The notes under the pieces were generated by a model. That model did not search any database. It saw only the letters and a program-made list of their open reading frames with translations, and was not told the origin of the DNA. Shown here one piece after another: positions 29,055 to 45,207 of a stretch of DNA of 64,000 nucleotides (positions are counted from its first letter, which is position 1; each line of letters starts with the position of its first letter). Source of the DNA: Eledone cirrhosa (lineage: Eukaryota); contig OZ024740.1 of the NCBI GenBank assembly GCA_964016885.1, positions 299,150,001 through 299,214,000 of the forward strand, given 5' to 3'. A program made the position numbers and the translations under genes.

Positions 29055-32000
29055 TTACGTTACTATGAATGTGTTTAGCATTGACTACACCACCATCCCT
29101 AATTCTCAGGAAGATTAAGTTACTGTCAATGTGTTTATCATTGAATCCCACCCCCTCCTTTCTCAGGAAGATTACGTTACTGTCAATGTGTTTATGATTG
29201 ACTCCTTCTCAGGAAGATTACGTTAATGTCAATGTGTTTACCATTGAATTCTACCCCTTCCTTCTTAGGAAGATTACGTTATTAGTGACTCCCACCATCA
29301 CTCATTTTCAGGAAGATTAAGTTACTGTCAATGTGTTTATCATTGACTCCCACCCCTTCCTTCTCAGGAAGATTATGTCACTGTCAATCTGTTTATCATT
29401 GACTCCCACCCCTTCCTTCTCAGGAAGATTACGTCAGTGTCAATGTGTTTATCATTGACTCCCACCCCTTCCTTCTAAGGAAGATTACGTTATTAGTGAC
29501 TCCCACCATCACTCATTTTCAGGAAGATTAAGTTACTGTCAATGTGTTTATCATTGACTCCCACCCCTTCCTTCTCAGGAAGATTATGTCACTGTCAATC
29601 TGTTTATCATTGACTCCCACCCCTTCCTTCTCAGGAAGATTACGTCACTGTCAATGTGTTTATCATTGACTCCCACCCCTTCCTTCTAAGGAAGATTACG
29701 TTATTAGTGACTCCCACCATCACTCATTTTCAGGAAGATTAAGTTACTGTCAATGTGTTTATCATTGACTCCCACCCCTTCCTTCTCAGGAAGATTATGT
29801 CACTGTCAATCTGTTTATCATTGACTCCCACCCCTTCCTTCTCAGGAAGATTACGTCACTGTCAATGTGTTTATCATTGACTCCCACCCCTTCCTTCTAA
29901 GGAAGATTACGTTATTAGTGACTCCCACCATCACTCATTTTCAGGAAGATTAAGTTACTGTCAATGTGTTTATCATTGACTCCCACCCCTTCCTTCTCAG
30001 GAAGATTATGTCACTGTCAATCTGTTTATCATTGACTCCCACCCCTTCCTTCTCAGGAAGATTACGTCACTGTCAATGTGTTTATCATTGACTCCCACCC
30101 CTTCCTTCTAAGGAAGATTACGTTATTAGTGACTGCCACCATCACTCATTTTCAGGAAGATTAAGTTACTGTCAATGTGTTTATCATTGACTCCCACCCC
30201 TTCCTTCTCAGGAAGATTATGTCACTGTCAATGTGTTTATCATTGACTCCCACCCCTTCCTTCTCAGGAAGATTATGTCACTGTCAATGTGTTTATCATT
30301 GACTCCCACCCCTTCCTTCTCAGGAAGATTATGTCACTGTCAATGTTTTTATCATTGACTCCCACCCCTTCCTTCTCAGGAAGATTATGTCACTGTCAAT
30401 GTGTTTATCATTGACTCCCACCCCTTCCTTCTCAGGAAGATTATGTCACTGTCAATGTGTTTATCATTGACTCCCACCCCTTCCTTCTCAGGAAGAATAC
30501 GTCACTGACAATGTGTTTATCATTGACTCCCACCCCTTCCTTCTCAGGAAGATTATGTCACTGTCAATGTGTTTATCATTGACTCCCACCCCTTCCTTCT
30601 CAGGAAGATTATGTCACTGTCAATGTGTTTATCATTGACTCCCACCCCTTCCTTCTCAGGAAGATTATGTCACTGTCAATGTGTTTATCATTGACTCCCA
30701 CCCCTTCCTTCTCAGGAAGATTATGTCACTGTCAATGTGTTTATCATTGACTCCCACCCCTTCCTTCTCAGGAAGATTATGTCACTGTCAATGTGTTTAT
30801 CATTGACTCCCACCCCTTCCTTCTCAGGAAGATTATGTCACTGTCAATGTGTTTATCATTGACTCCCACCCCTTCCTTCTCAGGAAGATTATGTCACTGT
30901 CAATGTGTTTATCATTGACTCCCACCCCTTCCTTCTCAGGAAGATTATGTCACTGTCAATCTGTTTATCATTGACTCCCACCCCTTCCTTCTCAGGAAGA
31001 TTACGTCACTGTCAATGTGTTTATCATTGACTCCCACCCCTTCCTTCTAAGGAAGATTACGTTATTAGTGACTCCCACCATCACTCATTTTCAGGAAGAT
31101 TAAGTTACTGTCAATGTGTTTATCATTGACTCCCACCCCTTCCTTCTCAGGAAGAATACGTCACTGACAATGTGTTTATCATTGACTCCCACCCCTTCCT
31201 TCTCAGGAAGATTATGTCACTGTCAATGTGTTTATCATTGACTCCCACCCCTTCCTTCTCAGGAAGATTATGTCACTGTCAATGTGTTTATCATTGACTC
31301 CCACCCCTTCCTTCTCAGGAAGATTATGTCACTGTCAATGTGTTTATCATTGACTCCCACCCCTTCCTTCTCAGGAAGATTATGTCACTGTCAATGTGTT
31401 TATCATTGACTCCCACCCCTTCCTTCTCAGGAAGATTATGTCACTGTCAATGTGTTTATCATTGACTCCCACCCCTTCCTTCTCAGGAAGATTATGTCAC
31501 TGTCAATGTGTTTATCATTGACTCCCACCCCTTCCTTCTCAGGAAGATTATGTCACTGTCAATGTGTTTATCATTGACTCCCACCCCTTCCTTCTCAGGA
31601 AGATTATGTCACTGTCAATGTGTTTATCATTGACTCCCACCCCTTCCTTCTCAGGAAGATTATGTCACTGTCAATGTGTTTATCATTGACTCCCGCCCCT
31701 TCCTTCTCAGGAAGATTATGTCACTGTCAATGTGTTTATCATTGACTCCCACCCCTTCCTTCTCAGGAAGATTATGTCACTGTCAATGTGTTTATCATTG
31801 ACTCCCACCCCTTCCTTCTCAGGAAGATTATGTCACTGTCAATGTGTTTATCATTGACTCCCACCCCTTCCTTCTCAGGAAGATTATGTCACTGTCAATG
31901 TGTTTATCATTGACTCCCACCTCTTCCTTCTCAGGAAGATTATGTCACTGTCAATGTGTTTATCATTGACTCCCACCCCTTCCTTCTCAGGAAGATTATG

Positions 32001-34090
32001 TCACTGTCAATGTGTTTATCATTGACTCCCACCCCTTCCTTCGCAGGAAGATTATGTCACTGTCAATGTGTTTATCATTGACTCCCACCCCTTCCTTCTC
32101 AGGAAGATTATGTCACTGTCAATGTGTTTATCATTGACTCCCACCCCTTCCTTCTCAGGAAGATTATGTCACTGTCAATGTGTTTATCATTGACTCCCAC
32201 CCCTTCCTTCTCAGGAAGATTATGTCACTGTCAATGTGTTTATCATTGACTCCCACCCCTTCCTTCTCAGGAAGATTATGTCACTGTCAATGTGTTTATC
32301 ATTGACTCCCACCCCTTCCTTCTCAGGAAGATTATGTCACTGTCAATGTGTTTATCATTGACTCCCACCCCTTCCTTCTCAGGAAGATTATGTCACTGTC
32401 AATGTGTTTATCATTGACTCCCACCCCTTCCTTCTCAGGAAGATTATGTCACTGTCAATGTGTTTATCATTGACTCCCACCCCTTCCTTCTCAGGAAGAT
32501 TATGTCACTGTCAATGTGTTTATCATTGACTCCCACCCCTTCCTTCTCAGGAAGATTATATCACTGTCAATGTGTTTATCATTGACTCCCACCCCTTCCT
32601 TCTCAGGAAGATTACGTTACTGTCAATGTGTTTATCATTGACTCCCACCCCTTCCTTCTCAGGAAGATTATGTCACTGTCAATCTGTTTATCATTGACTC
32701 CCACCCCTTCCTTCTCAGGAAGATTACGTCACTGTCAATGTGTTTATCATTGACGCCCACCCCTTCCTTCTAAGGAAGATTACGTTATTAGTGACTCCTA
32801 CCATCACTCATTTTCAGGAAGATTATGTCACTGTCAATCTGTTTATCATTGACTCCCACCCCTTCCTTCTCAGGAAGATTACGTCACTGTCAATGTGTTT
32901 ATCATTGACTCCCACCCCTTCCTTCTAAGGAAGATTACGTTATTAGTGACTCCCACCATCACTCATTTTCAGGAAGATTAAGTTACTGTCAATGTGTTTA
33001 TCATTGACTCCCACCCCTTCCTTCTCAGGAAGATTATGTCACTGTCAATCTGTTTATCATTGACTCCCACCCCTTCCTTCTCAGGAAGATTACGTCAGTG
33101 TCAATGTGTTTATCATTGACTCCCACCCCTTCCTTCTAAGGAAGATTACGTTATTAGTGACTCCCACCATCACTCATTTTCAGGAAGATTAATTTACTGT
33201 CAATGTGTTTATCATTGACTCCCACCCCTTCCTTCTCAGGAAGATTATGTCACTGTCAATGTGTTTATCATTGACTCCCACCCCTTCCTTCTCAGGAAGA
33301 TTATGTCACTGTCAATGTGTTTATCATTGACTCCCACCCCTTCCTTCTCAGGAAGATTATGTCACTGTCAATGTGTTTATCATTGACTCCCACCCCTTCC
33401 TTCTCAGGAAGATTATATCACTGTCAATGTGTTTATCATTGACTCTCACCCCTTCCTTCTCAGGAAGATTACGTTACTGTCAATGTGTTTATCATTGACT
33501 CCCACCCCTTCCTTCTAAGGAAGATTACGTTACTGTCAATGTGTTTATCATTGACTCCCACCCCTTCCTTCTCAGGAAGATTACGTTACTGTCAATGTGT
33601 TTATCATTGACTCCCACCCCTTCCTTCTCAGGAAGATTACGTCACTGTCAATGTGTTTATCATTGACTCCCACCCCTTCCTTCTCAGGAAGATTATATCA
33701 CTGTCAATGTGTTTATCATTGACTCTCACCCCTTCCTTCTCAGGAAGATTACGTTACTGTCAATGTGTTTATCATTGACTCCCACCCCTTCCTTCTAAGG
33801 AAGATTACGTTACTGTCAATGTGTTTATCATTGACTCCCACCCCTTCCTTCTCAGGAAGATTACGTTACTGTCAATGTGTTTATCATTGACTCCCACCCC
33901 TTCCTTCTCAGGAAGATTACGTCACTGTCAATGTGTTTACCATTGACTCCCACCCCTTCCTTCTCAGGAAGATTACGTCACTGTCGATGTGTTTACCATT
34001 AACTTACACCACTCCTCATTCTCAGGAAGATTACGTTATTATCACTATGTATATCATTGACTCCCACCATCCTTCCTTCTCAGGAAGAAG
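29055..34090. repeat. Tandem satellite: 56-bp monomer with 211-bp higher-order repeat
   Basis: Monomer tcaggaagattatgtcactgtcaatgtgtttatcattgactcccaccccttccttc. A variant 43-bp monomer recurs at 29281, 29492 and 29703, giving a period of 211 = 3x56+43. Confidence 0.97.
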
Positions 34091-34790
34091 GGCCAAAACA
34101 CTCGCTTGAGTGGGGTTTCTTTTCTGAATACCATCTGCTGTTCAGCTCTCCTGAGAATTTCTCACGACTGTATTTCATGACCTTCCATCACTTATCATTC
34201 TTAGGAAGATGTATGACACTGCCACCTTTGGCAGGAACTGAACGCAGGGCACAACAGGATCTAATTAAGCACCATAAAAATATATTCAAGCATTCTACAG
34301 TTTCTGTTATTCTAAAATTGCTAAGGAATCAGCGCAGAAAATGACAGTCAAATCTCTCTCAAATAACGCTCAACAAAGAAAAATACGCAATGATTGAAAT
34401 AAAATAGGATGGTCATGGTGGGAAAGTCTTTGATGATAGGTCTATATAATTTCTATGATGAATATGGTTTCAAAATGTTTGATCATACGCTTGCTTAATC
34501 TGAGGTAAGCTGCAGCTAAACAACAATAATAACAACAACAACAACAGCACCAACAACAACGACTACAGGTACGTGTAAGGAAATATTGATTTTTGACATA
34601 GACATAATGCTTCAAATTTTGAGGAATGGTATAGTTGACCACATTACTTCACTAGATTCTTGTTTGATGATCCTCTGAGTATACAGGTGAAGCTCTAGAT
34701 TAATAACACTCATCTAGTCATGATAAAGAATATTATTAACATCTACTTCGGTATTGTGTGGTCATTTACCAGTCCGTCAACATCACCTGG

Positions 34791-34877
<87 letters not shown>

Positions 34878-34893
34878 CACACACACACACATA

Positions 34894-36144
34894 CAGGGCT
34901 TGGACAAAATAATGGAAACACCTAGCATCATAGCATCATAATTTTGAAATATCTATAAAACTGTCAAAAGCTTGTTTATTTTTATGTTTTTTGATTTATT
35001 ATTAGTGTTGCTTAATATGTTTTGTTACAATTGCTGTTTCCTTTCAGATATCATCAGAAAAAGGTAATTAAAATTCATTAAAATGACAGATCTATCGGAC
35101 TTTCAAAGAGGTCAAATTGTTGGTGCTCGTATGGCAGGCGCTAGCGTAACGTGAACAGCCGAAATGTTTGGTGTATCAAGAAGTACTGTGTCGAAAGTAA
35201 TGACAGCCTTTGAGAAAGAGGGAAAAACCTCCTCGCCGAAACGAAACTCCGGAAGAAAACCAAAACTTTCAGATTTGGACTCTTACGCGAATTGTTAAAA
35301 AGGATCACAAAAGTACAGCTCCCAAAATTACTGCAGAGCTTAATGACCACCTCGAGAACCCAGTTTCCACAAAAACTGTTCCCCGGAAGCTGCACAAAGC
35401 TGGATTTCACGGGAGGGCTGCAATCAGAAAACCACTACTTTCAAAAACAAATGTTGCAAAGCGTTTAGAGTGGAGTAAATACCTACAGAATTGGTCCCTA
35501 GAGCAGTGGAAGAATGTTATTTTCTCGGACGAGTCATTCTTTACCTTATTCCCGACCACCGGCCCAGTATACGTGTGGGGACAGCCAAAAGAAGCATTTG
35601 ACCCAGACTGCCTTCTTCCAACTGTTAAACATGGAGGAGGATCTGTGATGATATGGGGGCATATATCTTGGTAATCCGCCGGCCCAATGGTTTCCGTTCA
35701 TGGCAGAATTAATAGTCAAGACTGTTTAAGCATTCTATCTATCTATGTTGTGGAACTGTTTCCGGAGGGAAACGCAATCTTTCAGGATTATAATGCACCA
35801 ATTCACACAGCTAAAATTGTTACTGAATGGCACAAGGAACATTCTAGTGAAGTTGAACATCTTATCTGGCCACCACAGTCCCCAGATCTCAATATCATTG
35901 AAGATTTACGGTGTATTTTAGAAAAACAAGTAAGGAGTCGATATCCTCCACCATCATCACTACAAGAACTGGAGACTGTTTTAGCTGAAGAATGGATAAA
36001 ATTTCCTTTGGAAACAATTAAAACTTTGTACGAGTCCATACCTCGTAGAATTTAAGCTGTAATTACTGCCAAAGGCGGTTCTACCCCACATTAAAATAAA
36101 TTTGTTTGAAATTTTAAGGTGTTTCCATTATTTTGTCCAATCCC

Positions 36145-36146
<2 letters not shown>
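34894..36146 (+). mobile_element. Full-length Tc1-like DNA transposon (DD36E spacing), inactivated
   Basis: 30-bp TIRs caggg(c/a)ttggacaaaataatggaaacacct, with TA on the left and CA on the right. Length 1253 bp. Confidence 0.93.
35083..36093 (+). pseudogene. Tc1-family transposase pseudogene
   Basis: MTDLSDFQRGQIVGARMAG.. (HTH), VIFSDES, TVKHGGGSVMIWG, FQD(Y)NAPIH, WPPQSPDLNIIE. Contains stops and frameshifts, and the second catalytic Asp codon reads TAT. Confidence 0.9.
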
Positions 36147-36192
<46 letters not shown>

Positions 36193-36211
36193 TTTATTAA
36201 GGTTGAATAGG

Positions 36212-36256
36212 GTATCCTGTTACCCTGGAGTTTCGCCTGTTCATCAGACAAGATAC
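36212..36256 (-). ncRNA. Minimal type I hammerhead lacking helix II
   Basis: gtatcttgt CTGATGA acaggc GAAA ct-ccag-gg TA acaggatac. Helix I is 9 bp including one G-U pair. Confidence 0.75.
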
Positions 36257-36517
36257 GGAAAGATAGCACTGAAAAGACAGCACTGTCAACAATGTAGTCT
36301 TAACAAATGAATATTTAAAATCTACTTCGGTATTGAGTATTCTTTTCTCTAAGACGTCAACCACATGAGGATATATATTGTTATATTTGGGGATCGGCAT
36401 GTTGACAACATTGCCAATAGAAATGCATAAACGTATATATATATATATTTAACTTTTCAATTCGTTTTATCATTTTATTAATTTACTTTTTCCATTTTTC
36501 CCATCATTATTATATTT

Positions 36518-37078
36518 CGGTGAATTGGCAGTATTGCTAGAGAGTCGGACACCATGCTTTGTAGCATAGAGTTACGGCCCTATATGATCTGAGTTCAAAT
36601 CCCGCCGAGGTTAACTTTGCCTTTCATCCTTACGAGGTCGATAAAATAAAGTACCAGTAATACATTGGGATAATTGCGGGCCTTGTGCCAAAAGTAGAAA
36701 CAATTATTATATTTATAACGATCTGAGTTCAAATCACGCCGAGGCTAACTTTGCCTTTCATCCTTACTGGGTCGATAAAATAAAGTACCAGTAATGTACT
36801 GGATAATTGCTGACCTTGTGCCAAAAGTGGAAACAATTATTATATTGATAATAATGATGGGAAAAATGAAAAAAGTAAATAGGGCGGTGGATTGGCAGTA
36901 TCGGTAGATGGTCGGACGCCATGCTTTGCAGCAAAGAGTTACGGCCCTTTATGGTCTGAGCTTAAATCCCGCCGAGAGTAACTTATCCTTTCATCCTTAC
37001 GAGGTCGATAAAATAAAGTACCAGTAATACACTGGATTAATTGCTGGCCTTGTGCCAAAAGTAGAAACAATTATTATA
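36518..37078 (+). mobile_element. Cluster of three SINE family A copies
   Basis: Copies at 36518-36710, 36719-36840 (5'-truncated) and 36882-37075. Confidence 0.85.
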
Positions 37079-37539
37079 TTTCTAATAATTTAAAACATAA
37101 ATTTCTATTTTCTCTACATTTTATGATCTTTAAGTTTGTTTAATACGAAATGTTATTTTACGTTTATGAAATAATAATTTTGTATGGCTACCACTTTTAC
37201 AGTTTGTATATGTGTTTTGTTATATTGATATATTGAGCAATGTGCATATATTGATCTGAATGAAGTGTGGCCAATATCATGGAATAAGTCCAAATTTGTC
37301 AACCCAAACCGCCCCACATGTAAACCAGCTTTGACCTTCCCAGAAAACAATGAGTGTCTCTTAATCGGATCTGTACAACACATGCCAAGAGAGCCCATTA
37401 TCTCCATTGATGGAAAATGAAAGAGCCCAGCATGTGACTGTGAGGACCATGACCAGACAGTGTTACATGTTGATTGGGATTATTGCTCCCTCAGACGTTT
37501 TGCCGGCGGCCTGGAAACAATCCAATATATACACACAGG

Positions 37540-37709
<170 letters not shown>

Positions 37710-37727
37710 CAAATATATATATATATA

Positions 37728-38096
37728 TATAATACATTTAGAAGAAAGAAGGAACATTAGATATAATTAATAAGATATACCATACCCAAATTCCTTTATT
37801 AGTCCTCGACTACGTAGTTTCGTGGCATATTATTCAAAAACACTACATCACACAGATATAGTAATTTTTGTGAGGTTTGCCGTCTTATCATCCTACGGAT
37901 GTGTTTTGAAACTCTTAATGAGGTATCGTCTGATAAGTGGGCAAACCTCACACAAATTACTATATCTCAGTGATGTAGTGTTTTTGAATAATATGCCACG
38001 AAACTACGTAGTCGAGGATTAGTGAAGGAATTTGGGTATGGTATATCTTATTAATTATATCTAATGTTTCTTCTTTCTTTTATAATGTATTATATA
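37728..38096. repeat. Fold-back (arms about 160 bp) with large-loop hammerhead-like motif
   Basis: Arms 37728-37889 and 37931-38096. 37926-38018 reads tcgtc TGATAA gtgg-[55 nt]-ccac GAAA ctacgtag TC gagga. Confidence 0.8.
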
Positions 38097-38294
38097 GCTC
38101 TGATACTGAATCAATCTAATCCATTCGGATTATTTTGTCCCAGGTTATTCATACAGCATCATCGGTGAGGTTGGCACCACAAATTCAGGGATATATGTGG
38201 ATATATTCATGTATATGTATGTGTCCGCATGTATCTGTGTATTTCTTTATATTGTATATATATATATATATATATATGTACACACACACATATA

Positions 38295-38702
38295 TATATT
38301 TAACAAAAGGGAAAGAATTGACTTCACTTCAAGTTCTAAACAATTTAATATAATTTTACAATATCATAATTTTACAATTTGGTTTTGTAGATCTAGTAAG
38401 TTCTTTGTTAACTTCGGTGGGGAGATTTTAAAGATTCTGGTTAACTTTCTCGAGAAATTTCTCGCATTCGTCGATGGCGATTGACAAACTGATCTCCCTA
38501 AGATCAATTTGACAATCGCCATCGACGAATGCGAGAAGTTTCTCGAGGAAAGTTAACCAGGAATCTTTAAAAATCTCCCCACCGAAGTTAACAAAGAACT
38601 TACTAGATCTACAAAACCAAATTGTAAAATTATGATATTGTAAAATTACATTAAATTGTTTAGAACTAGAGGTGAAGTCATTCTTTTCCTTTTTTAAATA
38701 TA
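38295..38702. repeat. Fold-back palindrome, arms about 200 bp
   Basis: Centre gatctccctaagatc at ~38491-38505. Arms are reverse complements with few differences. Confidence 0.9.
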
Positions 38703-39089
38703 CCTTACTGTACCAAGGTTACCTTGGACCACGACAAGGTGTATTATACGTTATCATGTTTGAGACGCCACATCAGTTCTGAGAGGGCGGTGCTGTATTT
38801 CTTATCAACTCTCCTAAAAGTTTGACAGTGATTTTACCATCGTTCCTTAAATTTATTAGCTGTGGCTCCGATATAGGTGAAGGTTTAGTTGTTGGCATTC
38901 ACCCTACATTAAAATACTAACCCACTACCAAGGCACATATATATATATATATATATATGTACATATACACACGCACATATATATATATATTTATTTATAT
39001 ATATTCACACACACACACATATATATATATATGTATATATATATATTTTAATAAATATATATATATGTATATATATATATATTTATATA

Positions 39090-41140
<2,051 letters not shown>

Positions 41141-41184
41141 TGAAATACTGTTGGCTTCATGCTCACAATAATTTCTATACTTTC

Positions 41185-41237
<53 letters not shown>

Positions 41238-41566
41238 AATAGGTATATAAATGTATGGTTGAAAGCCAGTCAGACATATTGACAGAGAGATAAATAGAAA
41301 CAGACAGGTAGATAAACAACCTGTCAGCTAGCTAGATAGGTAGATAACTATAGATAAAAATAGAGAAAGTGATTGAGGGAGAATGAGAGAGATGACAGGC
41401 AAATTGAATGAGAGAAAATGGAAGTGAGAGAAAAACACAGGAACGTGTGATGTATAGAAATTTTGGCGTTTCATCATTAAACCTACAATCTTTCAACCAT
41501 CACTTGAGTGGTTTTATTTCTTTTCCTCTTTCTGTTTTAAGAGTTAATCACTTATTATTATTATTA

Positions 41567-41661
<95 letters not shown>

Positions 41662-42172
41662 GTTGTTGTTGCTGTTGTTGTTGTTGTTGCTGTTGTTTTT
41701 GTTGTTTTTGTTGTTGCTATTGTTTTTATTGTTGCTGTTGTTGTTGCTTTTGTTTTTGTTCCCGACAGCCTCTCCATTTCCTGCCATTTACCTTTCCCAT
41801 GATTCAAATAACGCATACTTCCGCCACACATAACTCTACCCTCACTCTATCATCATCTATCTTCTTTACTCTCGTTACACGTTTCAGTATTTTATGGTTG
41901 AAAATTCCAAAGAGGAATGTCACAGGCCACTTCCTACGTTTTTCAGTAAGTCTTTTATCTTTTATCTGTGACTGTGATAAGTTAATTTATCTGATAGAAG
42001 CAACAGCAATAGCAAAAACAAAAGCAACATGAACAGTTTGGTGAATGTTCCTACTATAATGCAGAGTCAGATGGAAGGAGTAAACTGCTACGAAAGAAAG
42101 TAACGAAACAATTTATATGAAAGTATTGGAATATTGGAATAATTCTTGGCCCTTGAGACAAACTACTATCAA

Positions 42173-42769
42173 CAGGACCGGATTTAAACCTTAGGGGCCC
42201 AAGGCACTTCAGGTTTGGAGGGGCCCCTCATACACAAAAAATGAAATCAACACCAAACCCTCTATTTTACATTTCAAATTCGCCTTGCACAAGAAATTGG
42301 AATTGAAAAGTTATAGATAGAGAAATTAAATTCATATAATCTAAGCCTCCTCATTTTACGTTCATTTTCCACCCTAAGATTTGTTTGACTGGTTGTCGCT
42401 CTCCCGTACCAGACATATCGGAGCGACTTCATCTTATTACATTACATATTAGACCTACTTTCTATTGCTTGATGCCCTTCCAAACATAACCACCTGAGAA
42501 TGTTTATTGGGTGTATTGTTGTTATGATACCAGCACACTTTACACTTTTTATTAACATATTGATCTGACAACAACCTGATGTCCCTAAAGTTGAGAAAAT
42601 TTGATGAATTCTGCCACAGTAAGGACATTAAATACTTTTTGTTAAAAGTGTAGTCTCTTTGTCAAGTGGCTAAAACTAAAAATCCCAGCAGTGGGAACAA
42701 ATAAATTGCTACGCCCGCCGCTGGTGGTAATTGCTCTGTTGCACCCACCCCCCATTAAATCCGATTCTG
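42173..42769. mobile_element. Possible hAT-type non-autonomous element
   Basis: The left end caggaccggatttaa..ggggccc resembles the reverse complement of the right end ttaaatccgattctg. No clean 8-bp TSD. Confidence 0.4.
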
Positions 42770-44022
42770 AATATTCACTTGATGCATGAACTTATTCGTT
42801 TCTAACAAAACACAGAATTTTCAGATGTGGGTGGAGGCTATAATTAATAAGTTCCAGCCCAGTGCATTGACTGACTAACTAGCCTAACCAAATATCTCTC
42901 ACATACTGTCATTTTCAAAAAGGCATGCGCATATTGGGTCATGTATTACTCGATACACACTACTTGCAGGTAAAAGACACGATGATCAAGGTAGACCTGG
43001 TGGCTAAACAACGATAATTAATATTATTTATTCAAGGTAACAAGGAAGCCTCATCTTGTTACTTCTACTGGTGGTGTTGTTATTGATATTGAAGGTGATG
43101 TTATTGCTACTATTGATGGACATGTTGCGGTTGGTGTTACTCATGGTGCTTTGCTCCTATTACAGACAGTAGTTATGGTAGGGGCGCTGATGATAGATTG
43201 TTACAGCTTTCATTTTGAGTGTGACTATGAAGGTAGTTTCTTCTGCAATCCTTTTATCCACTTATTTTGTCATATACTCTACTTCTTTTCACTCATTCAT
43301 TCTTTCATTCAGTCCCATCACTCTCTGCCATCGTACACAATCCTGGGTTGCTCTCACCACTCCTGTCCAGTTGGCTTCCACTTTCTTAATTTAGCCTCTC
43401 ATCTTCTTAACCCACACGTTCCAGGCCAGGGCTTGGCATTCACTTTATTAATATTTTGATTTTGGATTATTATAGTTCTTGTTATGTCATTAACTTGCAT
43501 ATAATAGATCTAGAACTATCGGGGTCTAGATTTGGGATATCCAGCATACTAAAGAAAAAGAAATTACCTCTTAGCTGACTCTACTTCAAAGCTGGTGCTA
43601 ATCCGACATAGTAACAGCTGCATGGTTTGTAGGATAAACTACTTTATTAAATCTCTCTGGTTTAGATCAAGGTCTTGGATTAGGAAACAACGATCCAGTA
43701 TAGCATGCAGGCGAGCATGTAACTTGCCAATGGACTGTATAATACGAATGCGAGATGGAGGAGCCAAAAGATAGCATTGTGGTACTAGGATGAAGGTATT
43801 TTTAGCTTGGGAAGACAATCTTCTAAAACAAGAAATGTTGAGATAGTCAGTGCGGAGTTAGAAGCGTTAACTAGTCTGTTGTATGATAAAAAAAAACGTA
43901 TAGCATTTCAACTTTTAACAATAGCATTTCAACTTTAAAAAAATTCCAAAACAGTGTATAGTACGTTATTAAAAAGCCCAAATCAGTAAAGTAGTGGTAG
44001 TAGTAGTAGTAGTAGCAGTTGC

Positions 44023-44072
<50 letters not shown>

Positions 44073-44079
44073 CAGTTGC

Positions 44080-44120
<41 letters not shown>

Positions 44121-44802
44121 AACGTTTGGCAGTAATGTTTATCGCGATATTTGTTATAGCTGTGGTAGTGGTTGTTTAGCCCCATGTAAGGCACAGTTGA
44201 GCAAACCTAAGACCAAACACACCTCTCTATGAATCATCCCCTCCATTTATTTCAAGACGCAGTATACCTAGGACTACATTTTCTAATGCGTACACTCCTT
44301 TTATATAGATGGCATGATGTTTTATTCGCAGGAGATTTAGCTGCTATTTTTTGAAGGTGGAGCGACCACGTGAATGCTCCTCGTGTAGAACCAGTTGTTA
44401 TACCAATATTAGTAGATGTGGTAGTTTATGGAAGGTAATGTTTGATGACAGTAGTTGTTATAGTAACGGTGTTTAGCATAATGGAAATATTAGAGACTTC
44501 AGTAACAGCAGCTGCTAACGGTGTGTTACCGGATGCAAGTTTATGTAGTGGTGTCGGTGGTGGGGATATTGGTGGTGGAGATAGGGATGATAATAGTGAT
44601 AGTAGTATTGATGATGGAGGTGGTGATGATAATGGTGGTTGTGGTAGTGATAGCAAAAATAAGTAGTTCAAATAGTAAAGTTTCTTGTGGGGTTACTAAT
44701 GGTGGTGATGGTGGCTTTATGCAGGCGGTGGTGTAAAACGAATGACTGATCACAACTTAAGAAGACATTGTTGTAAATGTAAACAATCTATTGGAGAAGA
44801 TG

Positions 44803-44848
<46 letters not shown>

Positions 44849-45207
44849 ATACACACACATTTACCTCCACTCCCAAACACACACCCATTTACCCCCCACC
44901 CCTCCCCCACCGCTGCACACAAACGTGGTTTGATGCTAAGGGAGGTGTGGTGGATATGAAGTTCTGTTAACGTCAAATAACTGGCATATGTTTAAAGACT
45001 TCAGTTATTCAATCTCACGTAGCAATATTCTACTATGTTTGCACCACTGATGCCATTGTTCTTACTACCACTGTAACTACTGCAACTACCACACCCATTG
45101 CTCGTCCCATCACAACTAGTAGCAAGGACATCATACACATTCTTATTGTTATTGCTATCGGCAACAACATACCCAAATCTCCACTCTTACCAATATCATT
45201 ATTAATA

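Noticed and set aside
29055-34090. CRISPR-like array (repeat with internal palindrome)
   Set aside because: The units are contiguous with no unique spacers, there are no cas genes and the context is eukaryotic. It is a tandem satellite, and its 56-bp period excludes a coding repeat.
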